A stretch of DNA of 34,151 nt from Hyphomicrobiales bacterium (GTDB lineage Bacteria > Pseudomonadota > Alphaproteobacteria > Rhizobiales > Beijerinckiaceae), in assembly GCA_028865375.1 (NCBI GenBank), contig JAGWKJ010000001.1, positions 1 through 34,151 of the forward strand, read 5' to 3'. The notes beneath the pieces are model-generated. The model made no database searches. It saw only the letters and a list, made by a program, of their open reading frames with translations, and was not told where the DNA came from. Position 1 is the stretch's first letter. Every line of letters starts with the position of its first letter. Of the stretch, positions 29,321 to 34,151 are shown piece by piece. Position numbers and translations under genes: made by a program.

Positions 29321-29429
29321 GTCGAGCGCGCGGCCGGCCAGCGCGGTCCCCACCCGTTCGGTGCACCCACTTGCCCGACGGTGCCCCCGCCTCTATGCTG
29401 ACAACATAGTTTGCAAAACGGAGATTTTG

Positions 29430-30875
29430 TTGTCAGCACAAGTCGTCCATACCGTCGTTGTCGTTTCCGACGACAGGGAGGTCCTCGATTCGATCAACGC
29501 CGCGATCGGGAGCGAGTCCGATTATCGGCTGATCGAATGCCGCAGCGCGCAGGAAGCGTGGCTTCGTCTCAACGAGATCCAGGCGCACTTGATCGTCGCC
29601 GACTGCCGCGCCCTGATCGGCGTCGACCCGGATTTCCTCGTGCGCGCGCGCATCACCCATCCCCACGTCGGGCGCGTGATGATCGCCGATCCCGAGCTGG
29701 ACGCCGCCTGCGCCGCGATGGCGCGCCAAGCCGCCGCCTACCTCTACGTGCTCAAGCCCGCCTCGCCGGCGCTGATCAAGCTCGTCGCCGTCCGGGCGCT
29801 GGAGATGGCCGAGTTGTCGCGCCGGCATCGACTGCTGTCGCGCGAGCTCAAGATCTCCATCGACGACCAGATGTTCTTCCCCGCCGCCGAGCCGCTATCG
29901 GTCAAGGGCGGCTGGTCGCAGTTCGAACGGCTCGTGTTCGTCAGCGCGAAGATGGCCGAGCTCTGCGACGAGGCGCGGCGCGCCGCCAAGACCGAATTGC
30001 CGGTGCTGATCCATGGCGAGACGGGGACCGGCAAGGAGCTCCTCGCGCGCGCCATCCATTTCAATTCGGCGCGGATGCGTTCGCCGCTCCACGTCCAGAA
30101 TTGCGGCGGCCTGTCGGACGACACGCTGCACTCCGAGCTGTTCGGCCACGTGCGCGGCGCCTTCACCGGCGCGATCGCCAACCGCATGGGGCTGTTCCGC
30201 GCCGCCGACGGCGGCACGGTGTTCCTCGACGAGATTTCCGAGGTGTCGCCGCGCTTCCAGGTGAGCCTGCTGCGCTTCCTGCAGGAACGCGAGATCAAGC
30301 CGCTGGGATCGGACAAGGTGCAGTTCGCCGACGTGCGGATCATCGCGGCGAGCAACCGGCCGCTGGCCAAGCTGGTCGAACGCGGCGAGTTCCGGCGCGA
30401 CCTGTTCTATCGTCTGAAGGGCTTCGAGCTCCTGATCCCGCCGCTGCGCGAGCGCAACGAGGATGTCGCGCCGCTGGCGCAGTTCTTCGTCGAAAAATAC
30501 GCCGGCGTCGTCGGCCGCCGCGTGCTGGGCCTGACTGCCGACGCGCTGGCGCGCTTGCGCGCCTATGCGTGGCCGGGCAACGTGCGCGAGCTCGAGACCG
30601 AAATCCGCCGCATGGTCGCGATCGCCGAACAGGGCGGCTACATATCCGCCCGCCACCTCTCGCAGGCGATCGGCGAGGTCGACATCGCCGACGCCGCCGC
30701 CGGCCTGCCCGCGGGCGGCAACCTCAAGGACATGGTCGAGGCGCTCGAACGCCAAGCGGTGTCGGCCGCGTTGCGCCGCCACCAATGGAACCAGACGCGC
30801 GTGGCCAACGAACTCGGCCTGTCGCGCGTCGGCCTCGCCAACAAGATCAAGCGCTATTCGCTGGAACCGCGCTGA
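29430..30875 (+). CDS. Sigma54-dependent enhancer-binding protein (atypical REC-AAA+-Fis HTH; HoxA/HupR-like context)
   Basis: GETGTGKE, SELFGHVRGAFTGA, FLDEI, FRRDLFYRL, WPGNVREL and a C-terminal HTH. N-terminal receiver-like domain. TTG 29430 lies 6 nt after GGAG. Confidence 0.9.
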   Translation: MSAQVVHTVVVVSDDREVLDSINAAIGSESDYRLIECRSAQEAWLRLNEIQAHLIVADCRALIGVDPDFLVRARITHPHVGRVMIADPELDAACAAMARQAAAYLYVLKPASPALIKLVAVRALEMAELSRRHRLLSRELKISIDDQMFFPAAEPLSVKGGWSQFERLVFVSAKMAELCDEARRAAKTELPVLIHGETGTGKELLARAIHFNSARMRSPLHVQNCGGLSDDTLHSELFGHVRGAFTGAIANRMGLFRAADGGTVFLDEISEVSPRFQVSLLRFLQEREIKPLGSDKVQFADVRIIAASNRPLAKLVERGEFRRDLFYRLKGFELLIPPLRERNEDVAPLAQFFVEKYAGVVGRRVLGLTADALARLRAYAWPGNVRELETEIRRMVAIAEQGGYISARHLSQAIGEVDIADAAAGLPAGGNLKDMVEALERQAVSAALRRHQWNQTRVANELGLSRVGLANKIKRYSLEPR

Positions 30876-30984
30876 GCGCTGGACGTCGCGTGCGACGCCG
30901 CCGGCAACTCGCTTTGCAGGGCCTACGTAAAGTTACTTAGCGCGCGCCAGATGGCGGGGCGCGACGCTGCGCTGCAGCGTGTCG

Positions 30985-30997
30985 TAAAGAACTGATA
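30985..30997 (-). promoter_or_regulatory. IHF-binding site
   Basis: Minus-strand TATCAG-TTCT-TTA matches WATCARNNNNTTR exactly, in an AT-rich patch about 30 nt upstream of the sigma54 promoter. Confidence 0.7.
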
Positions 30998-31025
30998 AAT
31001 AATCTATTTTTGCGTTCGTATCGTT

Positions 31026-31041
31026 TGGCACGGCGGTTGCT
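31026..31041 (+). promoter_or_regulatory. Sigma54 (-24/-12) promoter of the hydrogenase operon
   Basis: TGGCACGgcggTTGCT matches the consensus TGGCACG-N4-TTGCW and lies between the enhancer-binding protein gene and the small subunit. Confidence 0.88.
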
Positions 31042-31109
31042 CCTATAGGGGCGCGGCGTTTCGGCGTCGACGACAACAACGGCGCGTCGGGCGCCACAGG
31101 GAGGAGCGA

Positions 31110-32072
31110 ATGGCCAATCTGCTTTGGCTGCAAGGCGGCGCGTGTTCGGGCAACACGATGTCATTCCTGAACGCGGAAGAGCCGAGCGCGTGCGATCTGG
31201 TCACGGACTTCGGCATCAACGTGCTCTGGCATCCCTCGCTCGGACTCGAGCTCGGGGCGGGCGTCAAGACGATCCTCGAGAAATGCATTTCGGGCGAGAT
31301 CAAGCTCGACATCTTCGTGTTCGAGGGGTCCGTCGTCAACGCGCCCGACGGCACCGGCGAATGGAACCGGTTCTGCGGCAAGCCGATGAAGGACTGGGTG
31401 AAGAAGCTCTCCGACGTCGCGCAGTTCGTCGTGGCCATCGGAGATTGCGCCACCTGGGGCGGCATTCCCGCGATGGCGCCCAACCCCTCCGACAGCCGCG
31501 GCCTCCAGTTCCTCAAGCGCGCCAAGGGCGGCGCGCTGGGCGCGGAATTCAAGTCGAAGTCCGGCTTGCCGGTCATCAACATCCCCGGCTGCCCCGCGCA
31601 TCCCGATTGGGTCACCCAGATCCTCGTGGCGGTGGCGACCGGACGGGCCGGCGACCTCGAAGTCGACGAGTTCCACCGCCCCAAGACCTTCTTCACCTCG
31701 TTCACGCAGACCGGCTGCACCCGCAACATGCACTTCGCCTACAAGGTCTCGACGACCGCGTTCGGCCAGCGCAAGGGCTGCCTGTTCTACGACCTCGGCT
31801 GCCGCGGCCCGATGACGCACAGCCCGTGCAACCGCGTGCTGTGGAACCGCGTGTCGTCGAAGACGCGCGCGGGGATGCCTTGCCTCGGCTGCACCGAGCC
31901 GGAATTCCCCTTCTACGATCTCGCGCCGGGAACCGTCTTCAAGACGCAGACCATGATGGGCGTGCCCAAGGACCTGCCCAAGGGCGTCGACAAGGTCGGC
32001 TACGTGAAGCTGACCGCCGCCGCCAAGGGCGCCGCCCCCGCTTGGGCGGAAGAAGACATCTTCGTCGTTTGA
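31110..32072 (+). CDS. hupS: Group 2a [NiFe]-hydrogenase small subunit (HupS/HucS-type)
   Basis: Starts at MANLLWLQGGACSGNTMSFLNAEEP with no Tat leader. CxxN proximal motif, GDCATWGG, PGCPAHP, distal QTGC (Gln for His), GCLFYDLGCRGP and PCLGCTEP are the cyanobacterial uptake/Huc-type substitutions. Confidence 0.9.
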   Translation: MANLLWLQGGACSGNTMSFLNAEEPSACDLVTDFGINVLWHPSLGLELGAGVKTILEKCISGEIKLDIFVFEGSVVNAPDGTGEWNRFCGKPMKDWVKKLSDVAQFVVAIGDCATWGGIPAMAPNPSDSRGLQFLKRAKGGALGAEFKSKSGLPVINIPGCPAHPDWVTQILVAVATGRAGDLEVDEFHRPKTFFTSFTQTGCTRNMHFAYKVSTTAFGQRKGCLFYDLGCRGPMTHSPCNRVLWNRVSSKTRAGMPCLGCTEPEFPFYDLAPGTVFKTQTMMGVPKDLPKGVDKVGYVKLTAAAKGAAPAWAEEDIFVV

Positions 32073-32097
32073 AACGGCGAGTGGAGGAGACGGGAAC

Positions 32098-33690
32098 ATG
32101 ACGATTCAAACGCTCGACATCTCGCCGGTCGGCCGCGTCGAGGGCGACCTCGACGTGCGCGTCGACATCGAAAACGGCGTCGTGGTGAACGCCTGGACGC
32201 ACGCGGAACTGTTCCGCGGCTTCGAGGTCATCCTGCGCGACAAGGACCCGCAGGCCGGCCTCGTGGTGACGCCGCGCGCCTGCGGCATCTGCGGCGCCTC
32301 GCACCTGTCCTGCGCCGCTTGGGCGCTCGACACCGCATGGGGCACGACCGTGCCGCGCAACGCGATCCTGGCCCGCAACCTCGGCCAGATCGTCGAGACC
32401 ATCCAGTCGATCCCGCGCCATCACTACGGCCTGTTCATGATCGACTACACGCACAGGAACTACTCGAAGCTGCCGAGCTACGAGGAGGCGGTGAAGCGCT
32501 ATTCGCCCTTCACCGGCACGTCCTACGAGGCCGGCGTCACGATCTCCGGCCGGCCGGTCGAGATCTATGCGCTGCTCGGCGGGCAATGGCCGCACTCGTC
32601 TTACATGGTGCCGGGCGGCGTGATGTGCGCGCCGACCCTCACCGACGTCACCAGGGCGTGGGCGATCCTCGAACATTTCCGGCGTAACTGGCTCGAGTCG
32701 CTGTGGCTCGGCTGCTCCATGGAGCGCTACGAGAGGATCCGCTCGTTCGACGACTTCCTCGCTTGGCTCGACGAAAGCCCGGCGCACGCCAATTCCGACC
32801 TCGGCATGTTCTGGCGCATGAGCCGCGAGATCGGTCTCGACAAATACGGCAAGGGCCACGGCAAGTTCGTGAGCTGGGGATACCTGCCCCACGAGGACCG
32901 CTACAACAAGCCGACCATCGAGACGCGGCAGGCTTCCGTCATCATGAAGTCCGGCGTCTACGACGGCGCGACGGACTCCCACAAAGTGATGGACCAGGCG
33001 TTCACCCGCGAGGACACGCTGCACGCCTGGTACGACGAGGGCGGCGAGACGCATCCGTTCGACCGCGTCACCAAGCCGGTGCAGAAGAACCCGGTCGACG
33101 TCGACAACAAGTATTCGTGGTCGACCGCCGTCCGGCACCTTCAGAACGGCCGCCTCGAGGCCGGCCCGCTGGCGCGGCAGCTGATCGCGGGCGGTTCGCA
33201 CGGCGAGAGCTGGCAGCACACCGACCCGCTGGTGCTCGACATGTACCGGAAGATGGGCGGCGCCTCGACGATGCTGCGCCATTTCGCGCGCATGCACGAG
33301 CTGTGCAAGCTCTACCGCGAGGCGGAGCGCATCCTGCGCGAGTTCCGGCTCGGCGACGAATGGTACGTGAAGCCGACCGAGAGGGACGGCCGCGGATGGG
33401 GCGCCACCGAGGCGGCGCGCGGCGCGCTCTGCCACTGGATCGAGGTCAAGGGCGGCAAGATCAAGAACTACCAGATCATCGCCCCCACCACCTGGAACGT
33501 CGGCCCGCGTTCCACCGACGGCGAGCGCGGACCCATCGAGCAGTCGCTCGTGGGCACGCCGATCAAGGACAGTTCGGACCCGGTCGAGGTCGGACACGTC
33601 TGCCGGTCCTACGATTCCTGCCTCGTTTGCACGGTGCACGCACATGATGCATCGACCGGCGAGGAACTCGCGCGCTTCAGGACGGCCTGA
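32098..33690 (+). CDS. hupL: Group 2a [NiFe]-hydrogenase large subunit (HupL/HucL-type)
   Basis: PVGRVEGDL, L1 motif PRACGICGASH, GGQWPHS, EAARG, and L2 motif SYDSCLVCTVH followed by a 16-aa cleavable tail. Confidence 0.92.
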   Translation: MTIQTLDISPVGRVEGDLDVRVDIENGVVVNAWTHAELFRGFEVILRDKDPQAGLVVTPRACGICGASHLSCAAWALDTAWGTTVPRNAILARNLGQIVETIQSIPRHHYGLFMIDYTHRNYSKLPSYEEAVKRYSPFTGTSYEAGVTISGRPVEIYALLGGQWPHSSYMVPGGVMCAPTLTDVTRAWAILEHFRRNWLESLWLGCSMERYERIRSFDDFLAWLDESPAHANSDLGMFWRMSREIGLDKYGKGHGKFVSWGYLPHEDRYNKPTIETRQASVIMKSGVYDGATDSHKVMDQAFTREDTLHAWYDEGGETHPFDRVTKPVQKNPVDVDNKYSWSTAVRHLQNGRLEAGPLARQLIAGGSHGESWQHTDPLVLDMYRKMGGASTMLRHFARMHELCKLYREAERILREFRLGDEWYVKPTERDGRGWGATEAARGALCHWIEVKGGKIKNYQIIAPTTWNVGPRSTDGERGPIEQSLVGTPIKDSSDPVEVGHVCRSYDSCLVCTVHAHDASTGEELARFRTA

Positions 33691-33722
33691 AGGCGCACAA
33701 GAAGACGCCCGGGGAGGGAACG

Positions 33723-34106
33723 ATGTCCGCAGCGGGAGACCCTGCGCGGGCCGACGAACGCGACGCGTTCGCGCGGCGATACGGCGTCGCGCCTTCCGGG
33801 GCGGATCACGCGACGCTGCTGCGCATGATCGAGGACTTGTTGCGGGAAGGGCTGAAGACGCAAGTCGAGCCCTTCCCGGAGACCGACCGGGAGTTCGCCG
33901 CCATCCTCGACGAGCTCCGCCCGCTCTCGGCCGACCAGCTGCGGGAAAAGCTGGTCGTCAGCGGTTGGCTGCTGGCGCCCTACGGGCCCGACGCCATGCG
34001 CTGCCAAGAGTGCATGTACTACCTCGTCCACAAGCGCTGGTGCGACCTGCCGGAGCTGAGCCTGCCCGCCGAACCCGAATGGTGGTGCCGACTCTGGCGC
34101 ATCTGA
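33723..34106 (+). CDS. Hydrogenase-associated hypothetical protein with C-terminal HiPIP-like 4-Cys motif
   Basis: GGAGG RBS, 32 nt after hupL. C-x2-C-x9-C-x14-C-x2-W (CQECMYYLVHKRWCDLPELSLPAEPEWWCRLW). No signal peptide. Confidence 0.75.
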   Translation: MSAAGDPARADERDAFARRYGVAPSGADHATLLRMIEDLLREGLKTQVEPFPETDREFAAILDELRPLSADQLREKLVVSGWLLAPYGPDAMRCQECMYYLVHKRWCDLPELSLPAEPEWWCRLWRI

Positions 34107-34130
34107 AGCCGCGCTGCGACGCTAGACGAC

Positions 34131-34146
34131 GGGGGGGGGGGGGGGG
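34131..34146 (+). other. G16 homopolymer at the sequence end (probable sequencing/assembly artefact)
   Basis: 16 consecutive G, 5 nt from the window end. Confidence 0.6.
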
Positions 34147-34151
34147 CCAAA

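Noticed and set aside
31110..33690. Group 2b sensory hydrogenase (HupUV/HoxBC), suggested by the adjacent regulator
   Set aside because: The large subunit has a cleavable C-terminal tail and DSCLVCTVH, and the small subunit has the CxxN and Gln substitutions of group 2a.
33723..34106. Calling this ORF HucM or HucE
   Set aside because: I see no long coiled-coil/membrane stalk or Rieske/NifU motif, and homology cannot be supported without a search.
34131..34146. Poly-G as a phase-variation tract or G-quadruplex
   Set aside because: It lies at the very end of the sequence, where poly-G runs are a common two-colour sequencing artefact.

Overview
A visibly high-GC chromosomal segment from an alphaproteobacterium. 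Gene content (phaR, an IalB-family gene, ubiE-ubiB-coaBC-dut-rrf2-cysK, a CtrA-like box) suggests Hyphomicrobiales. Left to right: (1) a partial small membrane-protein gene, hisA-hisH-hisB and manB-manC, all on the minus strand. (2) A LysR-controlled catabolic operon with an SDR, a split transketolase-like enzyme carrying atypical active-site residues, and a TRAP transporter. (3) A LacI-controlled operon with a sterol-desaturase-family di-iron enzyme, a sugar/cyclitol ABC transporter and a Hyi-like TIM-barrel isomerase. (4) Core genes: DUF427, phaR, a degenerate-GGDEF/EAL protein, gloB, IalB-family, ubiE, ubiB, coaBC, dut, rrf2 and cysK. (5) A collapsed pseudogene of FAD-dependent oxidoreductase(s). 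(6) A sigma54 enhancer-binding protein, an IHF site and a consensus sigma54 promoter driving a group 2a [NiFe]-hydrogenase (small and large subunits), followed by a small cytoplasmic protein with a HiPIP-like 4-Cys motif. The best candidates for undescribed biology are the sigma54-controlled group 2a hydrogenase with its HiPIP-like partner, the desaturase-plus-sugar-ABC operon, and the atypical split ThDP enzyme. I saw no rRNA, tRNA, CRISPR array, integrase or transposase. All calls come from motif recognition by eye; no searches were run.
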